Source: Polyangiaceae bacterium
Lineage (GTDB): Bacteria > Myxococcota_A > Polyangia > Polyangiales > Polyangiaceae
Reading direction: 5' to 3'
Length of the DNA stretch: 64,000 nucleotides
NCBI GenBank assembly: GCA_044376115.1
Contig: JBILLK010000006.1
Location: 352,001-416,000 of the forward strand
In this document: piece by piece, positions 40,505-50,449 of the stretch
Numbering within the stretch: position 1 is the stretch's first letter
Layout of the letters: every line of letters starts with the position of its first letter
Position numbers and translations under genes: made by a program
Notes under the pieces: model-generated
The model's database searches: none
What the model saw: only the letters and a program-made list of their open reading frames with translations
What the model was told of the DNA's origin: nothing

Positions 40505-41407
40505 ATGCGAACTCTTATGTTTTCGGCGGTGGTGGGCTTGTTGGGCGTGGCGTGCGTCGTCTCGGAGGGCTCTGGCGGTTCGGGCGGTGTTGGAGGCTCG
40601 GGAGGCGGAGGCGACGGCTTGGGTGGAACGGGCGGTGCGGGAGGTCAGGGTGGAGGCTGCTTCGTCCCGACTCCCTTGGCAGGAGCTGGCGAGTTCGTCG
40701 CGGTAGACGGTGCCTCGTCCCAGCTTTTCACCTTCACCATCCCGGACGACGCAGAAGGAGGTGTCGTCACCGTCACCATCAGCGGGGACCAATTCTTCAG
40801 TGAGATTCGCATCGCTGGAACCGAGGGATACCTTGAGATCCTTAACGGCGGCGGCAACCCTTCTGCCAGCACGCAGTTCGTCGCAGCTCCCTCGGTAACG
40901 TACGAAATCGAGGTCGATGAAGGCTCGGTATCGGGGACGGACGAGTCGCAGGAGGTCACGGTTTCTTGGTCGCTAGCGAGCGTGGTGGACTGCTACGAGC
41001 CGAACGACACCGTCGCCCAGGCGCGACCGCTTGCGTTGGGTGAGACCGTTGAGCCGTTCTTGTTTGCCGGCCACACCAGCAACGACTGGCCAAGTTACGA
41101 GGACCACCACGACTTCTTTTCGGTCGAGGTCACGACGGCCGGGCAACTAACGGTAGAGCTTGTACCCCCGATCGCGAGCAGCGAGGCGGAGACCACCATC
41201 GCGACGGCGCTGCAGGTGCTCGCAGCCGATGAGACGGTGCTGCTCGACAGCTACGTGCTCGAAACGGTGATTGAGGAGGTGCTCGAGGTTGAGCCAGGTA
41301 CTTACTTCATTCGCATTGAGCCGTTTGTGTCGCCGCCCTTCACCGAATCGGTGGGCATCGGGGCCAACTGGACCAAGCCGTACCAGCTCACCGTGAAGGG
41401 CCAATAG
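40505..41407 (+). CDS. Lipoprotein with pre-peptidase C-terminal (PPC)-like domain
   Basis: GVAC lipobox, Gly linker, DCYEPND..DHHDFF..PGTYFIRI. Confidence 0.65.
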   Translation: MRTLMFSAVVGLLGVACVVSEGSGGSGGVGGSGGGGDGLGGTGGAGGQGGGCFVPTPLAGAGEFVAVDGASSQLFTFTIPDDAEGGVVTVTISGDQFFSEIRIAGTEGYLEILNGGGNPSASTQFVAAPSVTYEIEVDEGSVSGTDESQEVTVSWSLASVVDCYEPNDTVAQARPLALGETVEPFLFAGHTSNDWPSYEDHHDFFSVEVTTAGQLTVELVPPIASSEAETTIATALQVLAADETVLLDSYVLETVIEEVLEVEPGTYFIRIEPFVSPPFTESVGIGANWTKPYQLTVKGQ

Positions 41408-41465
41408 CCCAAGCGGCTCGCACGAACGCCGCGAGGCCGCTCAAAAAGCTCGCTATCGTGTTGGG

Positions 41466-42455
41466 GTGAGCTTTCGCGTCGGGCGTTGGGAACTTAGCTG
41501 CGGTGCCCTGATGCTGCTGCTTGCAGCGTGCAACCTCTCGGCGCGCGGGCGGACCTTCGAGGGCGAAGAGGAAGGTGTTTCCAACCCGGTGCGCGTGGTG
41601 ACGTCCGCTCGGCGTGCGAGTCAATCGGCGCGCCCGACGAGCGGCGCAAAGCCGGCACCATCGCCGACGACGAAGCCCCAGCCGCCCAACGTCTCGCCAG
41701 CTCCGCTACCAACGGTGCGGCCACCGCAGCTCGAACCAACGGCGCCGCTTGCGCCGGTTCCGCCGCCGCCAGCGCCGACTCCGGTACCGCCGCCTCCAAC
41801 GCCTGCTCCAGTGCCGCCGCCTCCAGCACCCAGCGAGGATCGCACGCTGGTTCGGCGTTGGCTGACCGAGGTCACGCTGGGCACCGAGTTTGGCGGCGCG
41901 AGCACCGTCGTTCGTCGCTTTACCAGCGGGGTTCGCGTGAGCGTGATGAAGGGGGGCAACACTGGCCGCAAAGAACTCGAGGCCGCGGTGGCAGCGCTCG
42001 ACGGCCTACTGCGACCAACCGGCGTCCCTGTCGAGCTGGTCGCGGACGGCGACCCCACGGCGAAAATCAAGGTCTTCTACGCTGCGCAGGCCGAGTTCCC
42101 GAGCATCGGCACGGACAACGGCTTCACCTATGTCGAAGGCAACGCAGGCTACTTCCACGCCTTCTGGAACAGCGACTTCGAGATCGATCGCGTCTTCGTG
42201 CTGCTGGCGAGCGACAAGCTCAGCGGCGACTCGCTGCGGCATTTCACCTTCGAGGAGCTCACGCAGTCGTTCGGTCCAGCGCGCGACTCGGACCTCTATA
42301 GCGACAGCGTCTTCTTTGCCGATGGCTCAGACGGTGGTAGCGCGACCCAGTTGAGTGGGCTCGACCGCAAGCTGGTGACCTTCCTCTACACCCAGCTTCG
42401 GCCCGGGGACGACCAGCTGAAGGTGCAGCGGGCCTTCGACCAACATTGGCACTGA
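41466..42455 (+). CDS. DUF2927-like lipoprotein with Pro-rich linker
   Basis: LAAC lipobox, then EELTQSFG..DS..DSVF..LDRKLVTFLY..LRPG. Confidence 0.7.
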   Translation: MSFRVGRWELSCGALMLLLAACNLSARGRTFEGEEEGVSNPVRVVTSARRASQSARPTSGAKPAPSPTTKPQPPNVSPAPLPTVRPPQLEPTAPLAPVPPPPAPTPVPPPPTPAPVPPPPAPSEDRTLVRRWLTEVTLGTEFGGASTVVRRFTSGVRVSVMKGGNTGRKELEAAVAALDGLLRPTGVPVELVADGDPTAKIKVFYAAQAEFPSIGTDNGFTYVEGNAGYFHAFWNSDFEIDRVFVLLASDKLSGDSLRHFTFEELTQSFGPARDSDLYSDSVFFADGSDGGSATQLSGLDRKLVTFLYTQLRPGDDQLKVQRAFDQHWH

Positions 42456-42506
42456 CGGGCGCGGTGCTCCCCACGAAGGCGAAGCACCGCACGATGCAGC
42501 GTCAGC

Positions 42507-44015
42507 TCAGTTCTGCGTCAACGTGAGCGCAAAGGCTCCGCCGGCGCTCTGGTATGCGTCGACAAAGATGGTCACCGGGACCTGCGCCGTAACCGGGATG
42601 GTTAGTGATTCATCCTGGTTGCCTTGGAAGTTCACGTCGCTGCAACCAACCTGCGTCGCGCCATCGAGGCAGTCGGTGCGAGCGTAGACCCCCATGTCTA
42701 CGTCTCCCGTGGGCGCTAGCTCGATCGTGAGCATGCCGGTGGTCGCCGGCGTGTACACGTACAAGCTCTCATTGCCCGCCGTGCCTGCGCCGAAGGAGCA
42801 ATCCCCCCCGTCGACCGGCGCCTCGAACAGCGTGGTCCCGCTGCTGGTGTTGCCCATCGTGGTGCCCGTATTGATGACGGTGGCGGCGTTGCAGAAGAAG
42901 TCGAGCTCGACCTCGCACAGCGCGCTGCAGCCATCGTCATCCATGACGTTGGTGTCGTCGCAGGTCTCCGGCAGCGTGACGTTGCCGTCACCGCAGACGG
43001 CCGGGGTGAAGGTCGCGGTCAAGTTGAACGCCCCTTCGGTGCCGGGTTGATACGCGTCGACGAAGATGGTCCACGTCTCTCCACCCTGCGCGCCGATGTC
43101 GACGATCTCGGTGGCCGCGCCGTCCTGGTTGTTGTCCGAGCAAGCGGCCTGCGTGGTCGGATCGGCGCAGCCGCTCCGGACGTACAGCGCGAGATCGCCA
43201 TCGGTCGGGTCGGCCTCGAGGTGGAGCTGGCCGCGAGCAGGCGTGGTGAAGGTGAAGATCTGCTCACTGCCCAAGCCCGTCACGAACGGGCAGCTGCCCG
43301 CGAACAAGCTCGATCCATCGCCGGTATCCCCGGGCTGCGGCTGTAGCGCGACGGCGGCCATGGTGCAGGTTTCCGCGATCTCGGCCGCGCACATCGTGTC
43401 GGTCAGACAGTCGCTGTCGGTGCAATCGGGCAGCTGGTCGAGATCATTATCGCCGCCGTCCATACAGAGCTCGGGGGAGATGCAAAGGCCGAGCTGCGGG
43501 TCGCCTTCCTCCAGCTTGCACTCGGCCGTCTCCACCGTGCACTGCGCCGAGTTGGTGCAGGCGGGGACGCAGCCTTCAACGCCGCCAACGTCCACGCAGC
43601 TGTAGCCGTCACGGCAGGTGTCACTGCCACAAGCATCGACGCAGAAACCACCGCCCACCAAGTTGCAGACCTCTCCCTCGCATTCGGAGTCATCCATGCA
43701 ACCGATGCTGCACATACCGGCGGGGAAGCCGGAGTTCAGCTCGGAGATGCAGACGAGATCCCCGCACTCATCGTCGCTGCTGCAGGGGTTGCCGATCAGC
43801 GTGGGCGTCATCATCGTGCCGCTGCTCGCGGGGGCAACCACAGGCGGCATGCCGCCGGTGTCGCCGCCGGCCGTACCGCCAGCGCCGCCGGTGTTGCTTC
43901 CGCCGGTATTGCTGCCGCCAGAGCTGGCGTCATCACCGCAAGCCGCCGCACCCAACGCGAGCGGGGTGCAAAGAACACAAAGAAAAAGAGAACCAAGATT
44001 GCGAATGGAGCGCAT
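42507..44015 (-). CDS. Cys-rich lipoprotein with myxococcal Cys-rich repeat and two PPC-like domains
   Basis: AAAC lipobox, VCGDG..ETCDDTN..DDGCSALC, and two ..IFVDAY.. beta domains. Confidence 0.75.
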   Translation of the reverse strand: MRSIRNLGSLFLCVLCTPLALGAAACGDDASSGGSNTGGSNTGGAGGTAGGDTGGMPPVVAPASSGTMMTPTLIGNPCSSDDECGDLVCISELNSGFPAGMCSIGCMDDSECEGEVCNLVGGGFCVDACGSDTCRDGYSCVDVGGVEGCVPACTNSAQCTVETAECKLEEGDPQLGLCISPELCMDGGDNDLDQLPDCTDSDCLTDTMCAAEIAETCTMAAVALQPQPGDTGDGSSLFAGSCPFVTGLGSEQIFTFTTPARGQLHLEADPTDGDLALYVRSGCADPTTQAACSDNNQDGAATEIVDIGAQGGETWTIFVDAYQPGTEGAFNLTATFTPAVCGDGNVTLPETCDDTNVMDDDGCSALCEVELDFFCNAATVINTGTTMGNTSSGTTLFEAPVDGGDCSFGAGTAGNESLYVYTPATTGMLTIELAPTGDVDMGVYARTDCLDGATQVGCSDVNFQGNQDESLTIPVTAQVPVTIFVDAYQSAGGAFALTLTQN

Positions 44016-44128
44016 GGGTCAGACTTATCAGATCCGCTGCTTCAGGCGAACCCTGCGCTTGCGTGAACGGCTGCGCTTTTTGGCTCGTTTGCGCTTCGCC
44101 CTGCAGCTTCCCGGCGTAGGCTGCCGCG

Positions 44129-45166
44129 ATGGACTTCACCGAACTCGCGAGCTTCGAAGCGGCGCACAAGCACCTGCCCTGGCCCTGGCTCGCGATTCAC
44201 GGGCGGGCGTTTGCGTATGTGAGTGGCTCAGCTGCGATTGAGACGCGAATTCTGGAGGGCGAGGCGCTTGTTGCAGGTCCGAGCTTCCCGCTGCCACACG
44301 ACCTCCATCTGCCAACGACCCGCCTCGCGGCGGGCAAGCTCCACGCGCTGCCGCGTGGGTTGCGGGCGCTGGCCGTTCGCAGCGACGCCACACTCGTTGC
44401 CCTCACCGGCATGGCCAAGCAAGGTAGCGTTCTGGTCACGCTTGGGGTGGGTGCGGAGGAGGTCCGATCGCGCGTTTCAACGCTGCTGCCAAACGATTTT
44501 CTGCTGCATGCGGTGGCCTTCGATCGTAGCGGGACAAAGCTCTGGGTCTCGGCGGAGAGCAAAAGTGAAACGGCGCTCTTGCTGCTCGACGCGCAGAGCC
44601 ATCGGGTGCTGGGCGCCCTGCGGAGCGCTCCATTCCCACCGCCTTCGGTGCATGAGCTACACGTTCATCCGCAAGATGACGCTGTGCTCTTGCTCGCTTC
44701 GTGCGGCCAAGACGGGACCTTCGCTCGGGTTGCCGGCTTTGCCGGAGATGAGCCGCTCACCGCGATCCCGACCGCGCTCGATGATGCCGGTGATCCCGCG
44801 GGCTTCGTCGGTTTTTCGGCGGATGGGGCGCGTGTGCATTTGGTGGAGGACGCGGTCTTGCGAACCCACGCCTGGCCCGGCTTGCTCGAACTCTCCTGCG
44901 CCGAGCTGGCCGACGACTTCGCCTCGGCCTACTCCGGCGTCGTGCTCAGCGATCGTATTTTGCTCGACGGTCACGATGCAGAGGAAGGCGACGAGGACCT
45001 CGTGATGCAGTTCGACCGCAGCGCGCTCGTGGGCCGCGTGCTCAGCAGCCCGGCGCCGAACGGCATGTGGCTCGGTCGCTTGGGCGCTGACGCCCTCGTC
45101 ACCATCGAGTCGAAGGGCGAACCGTCGCGCGGGAAGGTGCTGCGGGTGAGGAAGCTCGCCGACTGA
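44129..45166 (+). CDS. Hypothetical protein (possible beta-propeller)
   Basis: 345-aa ORF filling the gap between genes, with repeated short beta-strand-like segments. Confidence 0.6.
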   Translation: MDFTELASFEAAHKHLPWPWLAIHGRAFAYVSGSAAIETRILEGEALVAGPSFPLPHDLHLPTTRLAAGKLHALPRGLRALAVRSDATLVALTGMAKQGSVLVTLGVGAEEVRSRVSTLLPNDFLLHAVAFDRSGTKLWVSAESKSETALLLLDAQSHRVLGALRSAPFPPPSVHELHVHPQDDAVLLLASCGQDGTFARVAGFAGDEPLTAIPTALDDAGDPAGFVGFSADGARVHLVEDAVLRTHAWPGLLELSCAELADDFASAYSGVVLSDRILLDGHDAEEGDEDLVMQFDRSALVGRVLSSPAPNGMWLGRLGADALVTIESKGEPSRGKVLRVRKLAD

Positions 45167-45262
45167 TTGCGTGCGTACTGCCAGGAAGGCGCGGGGGCCA
45201 GCATAAGAACGTGCTTTGCTCCGGCTATGAAAATGTTGCCGTTGGTCCCGTGTACGCGATGG

Positions 45263-45706
45263 ATGAAACGTCCTCTTGCAACCCTGACATTGGCGGCAGT
45301 GATCGTGTTTGGCGTGGGTCTCCCTGGGTGCGGCGACGACGCAAGCTCGGGAGCCGGCGGCAGCGGTGAAGGCGCTGGTGGAGCGGGAGGCGGGGCAGGT
45401 GAAGCCGGCGGTAACAGCTGCGGCTCAGCGGTCTTGTCCTCCTGTACCCAGGTCGACAGCGACGGAGCTGCTACCCAATGCATCGAGATATTCGCCGCTG
45501 AGAGCCAGGTCTTTATCGACGATTGTGCCGCGCAAGCAGGGTCGACCGTGAGCGCTTCGGCCTGTGATTTGACCGGCGCCAATGGGGCCTGTGTGCTGTC
45601 GATCGCAGGGCTCGAATGCCAGCGGGTATGGGACTACGTCGCCGAGCCTGCCGAGCTCAAGACGTTTTGTGAGGATTCGGGCGGTGAGTACGTCCCGGTG
45701 CCCTGA
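45263..45706 (+). CDS. Cys-rich lipoprotein
   Basis: LPGC lipobox and Gly linker. Confidence 0.7.
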   Translation: MKRPLATLTLAAVIVFGVGLPGCGDDASSGAGGSGEGAGGAGGGAGEAGGNSCGSAVLSSCTQVDSDGAATQCIEIFAAESQVFIDDCAAQAGSTVSASACDLTGANGACVLSIAGLECQRVWDYVAEPAELKTFCEDSGGEYVPVP

Positions 45707-45805
45707 GGCGCTGCCAACGGCCATTCACCGTCCTGGTTGAAGGAGGCACAAGTCGTTGGTTTGCTGCATCGGCCTTCGGCGGATTGCGCTAGGGTCGGCA
45801 TCACG

Positions 45806-46591
45806 ATGCGCTCGCTCCATCCCAGCCTATTCGCCGTGTGCCTGCTCTCCACCTTTGCCATCGCTTGTGCCGATGACGCCAAGACGGCCGACCCGAACAA
45901 CGTGGTGGAGTCCTCCTGCGAGGCGACCTTCGCCATCTTGCAGAAGGACGCGTACAAGGAGACGGCTGGGCGTTCGAGCGATCTCTGGCCGCCGCACACG
46001 ACCAATACGTTGACCGTCAGCTGCGATGGCGAGGTCGTGCGCGAGGCTGTCGCGGCCAACCACGGCACCTTGCCGGGCGCCCAGGACGTGAACGGCGACG
46101 TGATCCTGCAGCAGATGAAGACCGTCGACCTGGACGGCACGCGAGAGGAGCTCGAGAGCCTGGCCGACGCGTTCGAGGCCTGCTCCTGTGATGGTGAGAC
46201 CACCTTCCTGAGCTTGGATTCGCTCTCGGACACGGTGGTCAGCGACATCGTGGTGGAGCTCTCGCAATACCTCTCCGACAACCTCGTTTGCGAAGGCGCG
46301 ACGCCGGAGGAGATCGTCAATCACCTGGCGAACGGCGAGGTGGAGCCAGCGATCGGAAAGCTCAGCTACTGCTCGTGGACCAGCGGTAAGTCGCTCGAGG
46401 AGGGTCTCGATGAAGCGCTGGCTGCGGTGATCGCTGCTACCTCGGACTCGCTCAAGGACTACCACGTGTGCAACAACGACGCGGTGCTGCAGGCCGAGCT
46501 CGTTTCCTCCTTCGAAGCCAGCGGCAAGGTCGTGGCGTGTGATGCCGCGGTGGACGCTTGCCGCGGCCCGCTTTGGTTCTACGTGCCCTGA
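45806..46591 (+). CDS. Hypothetical lipoprotein
   Basis: AIAC lipobox; acidic and Cys-containing. Confidence 0.7.
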   Translation: MRSLHPSLFAVCLLSTFAIACADDAKTADPNNVVESSCEATFAILQKDAYKETAGRSSDLWPPHTTNTLTVSCDGEVVREAVAANHGTLPGAQDVNGDVILQQMKTVDLDGTREELESLADAFEACSCDGETTFLSLDSLSDTVVSDIVVELSQYLSDNLVCEGATPEEIVNHLANGEVEPAIGKLSYCSWTSGKSLEEGLDEALAAVIAATSDSLKDYHVCNNDAVLQAELVSSFEASGKVVACDAAVDACRGPLWFYVP

Positions 46592-46611
46592 CGTTTGTTT
46601 CGCGGACGCCG

Positions 46612-47553
46612 CTACACCGAGCGCAACACGCTCGGTTGCGGCAGGCCTTCTTGTTGGAGCGCGAGCAGCAGAGCGCGCGCTGAGCCGTAGCCGAGCGAAC
46701 GAGCGACTTGTTCGAGCGGCTGGTCCTTGCGGGTGAGAAAGCTCGCTGCCAACGTCGAACGTACGATGCGCAGCTGACGTCGCCAGGCCTGCGGCCGCGA
46801 ATACGCGGGCATCCAGCTGCCCAGCGCCGCCAGTCTCCGATTGACCTGCCGCACCGAGAGCCCGAGCACGGCGGCGAGGTCCTCGGTTTGTGGCCCGCGC
46901 TCGAGCTGGCTCAGCGCCTGGCCAACAGCGTTGGCGAGCTGTTGCGCCCCAGGTGGCGTTCCCTCGTACAGGCTGCGCAGCGACGCCTGCGGAGCGGCGA
47001 CGCCGAGCGCACGCAGCCGCTCGAGCGCCTCATGAACGGCATGCGCTGCGAGCTCGCCGGATAGCTCGCCGGCCTCCAAGCGCGTCGCAAGCAGGTTGAA
47101 GGCTTCGCGGTCGGCGGCGCCCATGCGACCCGTCTCGAGCCGTGGAAGCGGCCTCTCCTGCGGCTTACTCCACTCGAACACCAACGCGCGAAATTCGCCC
47201 TCCCAGCGTTCGTTCCAGGCCTGCACGCGCATCACCGCCAGCGAGCCCTCGTCAATGGGATGCTCGCCTCCCTCCGCCCGAATGCCGAGCGTGCCTCCCA
47301 GTTGAATCGAGACCGCGCTGCTGCCGATGGTCGCTTGTTGCGGCGAGATGTCGAGGAGGCCGGTGTCCAGCCGCTGACCGCCGCTCATACTCGCGACGTA
47401 CACCCGCAGGTCGGGGCTATGCAGCGCGGCGAGCGAGCGCACCGCGCCAGTTCCGAGCAGCGCATGCTTTCGCTGGAGGAGCAGCACCAAGGGCGAGCGT
47501 AGCAACGACTCGCGCGTATGAATGCGGCAAAAGCGCCGCCGCTCGTGCGTCAA
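46612..47553 (-). CDS. AraC family transcriptional regulator
   Basis: LAAVLGLSVRQVNR and LEQVARSLGYGS..L..GLPQPS. Start uncertain. Confidence 0.75.
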   Translation of the reverse strand: MTHERRRFCRIHTRESLLRSPLVLLLQRKHALLGTGAVRSLAALHSPDLRVYVASMSGGQRLDTGLLDISPQQATIGSSAVSIQLGGTLGIRAEGGEHPIDEGSLAVMRVQAWNERWEGEFRALVFEWSKPQERPLPRLETGRMGAADREAFNLLATRLEAGELSGELAAHAVHEALERLRALGVAAPQASLRSLYEGTPPGAQQLANAVGQALSQLERGPQTEDLAAVLGLSVRQVNRRLAALGSWMPAYSRPQAWRRQLRIVRSTLAASFLTRKDQPLEQVARSLGYGSARALLLALQQEGLPQPSVLRSV

Positions 47554-47678
47554 TCTCTGCGCGCGATCGGTTCATAGCGTCGCAGGCCAAGGTAGACAGC
47601 CCAGAACGCTGCGAAGAGCGCGAGCAGACCCGCAACATGCAACCGTTCGCGGCTGCGACGACGGGGCTCAAGGCGCGA

Positions 47679-48158
47679 CTAGCGCTTTCGAAGCAGCGTG
47701 CAGCGCTTGTTGGCGCAGGCCGCAATAAAGGCGCTCGGCGGCTCGACGGCGGCGCAAGGGGCGTTGCTGCACGGCTCGCAGCGGAGCTGTTTGCACTCGG
47801 TGCTGTCGCGCCAGCTGAGCCAGGCGCGGCTCGTGACCGAGGGCTCACTCGGACAACAATCGCAGCACGCGCGAGTGGCCGTGATCGCGCAATCGGCGTC
47901 GGTCTCGCAGGTCGTATCGCCGATCCGTGCGTTGGGGATGGGGGCGAAGGAGCTGGCTGAAGCTGACACGGTGGATGCGATCGAGGTGGAGCTCGCATCG
48001 CTAGCCGAGGGCGAAGCCGAAGCTCCCGGTTCGGGCACTGCGCGGCCTAGCGCTGCGCTCGGGAGGGCGCTCGGTGTTGGCTCACGCGGCGGGTCCTGCG
48101 GCCCGCAGGCGGTGAGGAGCCCGAGGGGGCTGAGCAGGCGCGCGGCGAGTCGGAGCAT
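47679..48158 (-). CDS. Cys-rich lipoprotein
   Basis: LTAC lipobox, Ser/Ala linker, CETDADC..CCDCC. Confidence 0.65.
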   Translation of the reverse strand: MLRLAARLLSPLGLLTACGPQDPPREPTPSALPSAALGRAVPEPGASASPSASDASSTSIASTVSASASSFAPIPNARIGDTTCETDADCAITATRACCDCCPSEPSVTSRAWLSWRDSTECKQLRCEPCSNAPCAAVEPPSAFIAACANKRCTLLRKR

Positions 48159-48300
48159 GCGCCGCTCGTAGCATTTCCTGCGGCCGGCGGGCTTTCGCGA
48201 CATGGGCGTAGCGAACCTTCATGAGCGAGGACACCACGACTCTCGAGCAAGGAAATCGGCGTGCGTTGCAGCCGAGCAGCGCCGCCATCATGCTTGGCAC

Positions 48301-48762
48301 GTGACTAAACAGCATGGATGGGCCCTCCTCCTAGTGAGCCATTGGATGCTGGGCTGCAATGCGGAGAACCCGCCGAACACCAGCACGGTTTCCGCCTCTG
48401 GTTCTTCCGTGAAGGTTGAAGCTTCCGCCACGCTCAGCGCTAGCAGCTCCTCGTCCTCGTCTCCTGGTGCCGGCTTGGCGCAGGGGCCGTGCAACGTGGC
48501 AAAGGAGTGCCTGTCGGGCATATGCGTCTTTCGAGAGCCCGGTTGCCAAGCGCGCGGGGCGTGTTGGCCGCCCGGTTTAGCCTGGCCGCCCGGTGGTGCG
48601 GCGCCTCGCTGCGGCTGCGACGGACAGACGTTTTGGGAGGACCTCGCCCAACGTCCCTTCAAGCACGACAATCCTTGCCCAGGTGCCTCCGCCTCGCCGG
48701 CAGCACCCGCCTCGCCGACGGCGCGGGCGCAAGCAAGGGAGGCGGCGGAGTCGCGCCCCTGA
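48301..48762 (+). CDS. Cys-rich lipoprotein (Kazal-like CGCDG motif)
   Basis: MLGC lipobox, Ser linker, CGCDGQTF..H.NPC. Confidence 0.6.
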   Translation: MTKQHGWALLLVSHWMLGCNAENPPNTSTVSASGSSVKVEASATLSASSSSSSSPGAGLAQGPCNVAKECLSGICVFREPGCQARGACWPPGLAWPPGGAAPRCGCDGQTFWEDLAQRPFKHDNPCPGASASPAAPASPTARAQAREAAESRP

Positions 48763-48806
48763 GCCCCCTTGTCCGCGTTGGTGGAAGGCTGCTGATAAGG
48801 TTGCCA

Positions 48807-49502
48807 ATGATGTTCGATGCACGATGGGTTCGCTCTCAGGTCCTGGCCATTTGCAACGAAGAGGAAGCTGCGCGAGTCGACGGTTGGACGCTTTCGCTCG
48901 ACGACGACGACCATGCGGCCACCTGGGAAGACCTGCGGCCTCATTGGGAGCCGCGCTCGAGCGATGCCATCTTGGACGCTGGGGCGGGGACAGGAGCGCT
49001 GTGCTTGACCTTGGTGCGGCGGCCACATCGATCGCTGACTGCGCTCGATCCTGCGCCGGCGATGCTCGACCGACTCGGGCGCAAGCCTGAGTTGGCCTCG
49101 GTGCAGCGGGTGCAAGGCTTCTGCGATCACCCCGAGGACGCGGCCCAGTTTGCGGATGGCAGCTTCGATGTGATCGCCTCGCGTCAGTTGACCAACGGGC
49201 TCTTCGATCCGATCGCTGCGTTTCGCAATTGGAACCAGTGGCTAGGGGAAGGCGGAACGGTGGTCGTTGTGGACGGCTTCTACGATCGCGACGCCTGGAC
49301 CGGAGCGTGGGAGGCGCTCATCGATCAGCTGCCGCTTTCGGCCTGCCGTACGATGGCAACGGTGCCCTATCTCCTCGCGCGCTGCGGATTTCGCATCGAG
49401 CACGTGGGCTTGATGCAAGCGACCAACGCCCGGCCTTCAACCCGCACCCGGCGTTATCTCGTGGTCGCTCGCAAGGTCGCCGACTGGCGGGCGGCCGGTT
49501 GA
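48807..49502 (+). CDS. Class I SAM-dependent methyltransferase
   Basis: ILDAGAGTG, LDPAPAML, SFDVIASR. Confidence 0.85.
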   Translation: MMFDARWVRSQVLAICNEEEAARVDGWTLSLDDDDHAATWEDLRPHWEPRSSDAILDAGAGTGALCLTLVRRPHRSLTALDPAPAMLDRLGRKPELASVQRVQGFCDHPEDAAQFADGSFDVIASRQLTNGLFDPIAAFRNWNQWLGEGGTVVVVDGFYDRDAWTGAWEALIDQLPLSACRTMATVPYLLARCGFRIEHVGLMQATNARPSTRTRRYLVVARKVADWRAAG

Positions 49503-49699
49503 TCTCTCCGAGTGAAAAGACGACGCTGTACGCGCTCGCCCAGCGCCTCGTGGCGCTGGGCTGCGACCAAGCGCTCAATCTCGACGGCGGACCCTCAACG
49601 GGAGTGTCGTACCGACGAGCAGGTTCGACGGTTGATAGGCCGCCACGCGGACCCGTTCGTCATGCGCTGGTCTTCAAGCGACGTGCGCCTGCTCCCTAG
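49490..49699 (+). pseudogene. C-terminal relic of a phosphodiester glycosidase (NAGPA/DUF2233) gene
   Basis: TLYALAQRLVALGCDQALNLDGGPST..R.V..ALV matches the family C-terminus. No start codon or N-terminal part. Confidence 0.65.
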
Positions 49700-49766
49700 G
49701 ATTGGGCTGGTGTTGGGATCCTGCTCGGCGCTGTAAGGCCACTCAAGTGCGGGCGTTCTCCCAACA

Positions 49767-50381
49767 ATGAAAGCTCTGCTCCCGGCCCTCTTTGGTCTCG
49801 CCGTTCTCGCCTGTTCCAGCGGAGTAAGCCAAACCCCAGCCCACCCGAGTGAGCCGGCGCCCAACCCGATTGAGCCCGCGCCTAGCGGGCAGCTGGTAAC
49901 GCCGGCGCCTTTCGCCGCGCCCATCCCGGCAGAGCCCAGCCCTTCGTCTGATCCCGCCGCCCGGGGGCCGCTCGAGTTTCCAGCGCTGAGCGATCCTGGC
50001 TTGATTACGCTGCAGTCGATGAGCCTCATCGGCGAGCCCAACGTTCAAACGCTGCGCGTTGCTGAGGACGGCAACTGGAGCTTCGCAAAAGGCGCGGAGA
50101 AGCGCGCCGGTAAGCTCAGCGCAAAGCAACTCGAAACGGTGCGAGGCTTGCTCAACGAGGTCAGCAGCGCCAAGCCGTCGGAAGGGATGGGCCTGCCCTG
50201 CGACGCCCTACCGATGCACGCGGCTCGACTAAGCTTCGGCGGCTCGCGCAGCATTGGTTGGGCTTGGCCCTGCGCCGGGCCGCGGCCGGCTGAGCCGGTC
50301 ATCCAGATGGCCAAAGTCCTTTGGAAGATCGGCCAGGGCCGTAGCGAGGCTGAGATCGAACGCGCGCTGCTTCAGCGCTGA
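49767..50381 (+). CDS. Hypothetical lipoprotein
   Basis: VLAC lipobox and Pro-rich linker. Confidence 0.7.
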   Translation: MKALLPALFGLAVLACSSGVSQTPAHPSEPAPNPIEPAPSGQLVTPAPFAAPIPAEPSPSSDPAARGPLEFPALSDPGLITLQSMSLIGEPNVQTLRVAEDGNWSFAKGAEKRAGKLSAKQLETVRGLLNEVSSAKPSEGMGLPCDALPMHAARLSFGGSRSIGWAWPCAGPRPAEPVIQMAKVLWKIGQGRSEAEIERALLQR

Positions 50382-50449
50382 GCGCAGAGAGTGGCGGCCG
50401 CTGAGCATCGCTGCTCGCCTTCGCGCCGGCCGTGCGACTAGAGTGCGCC

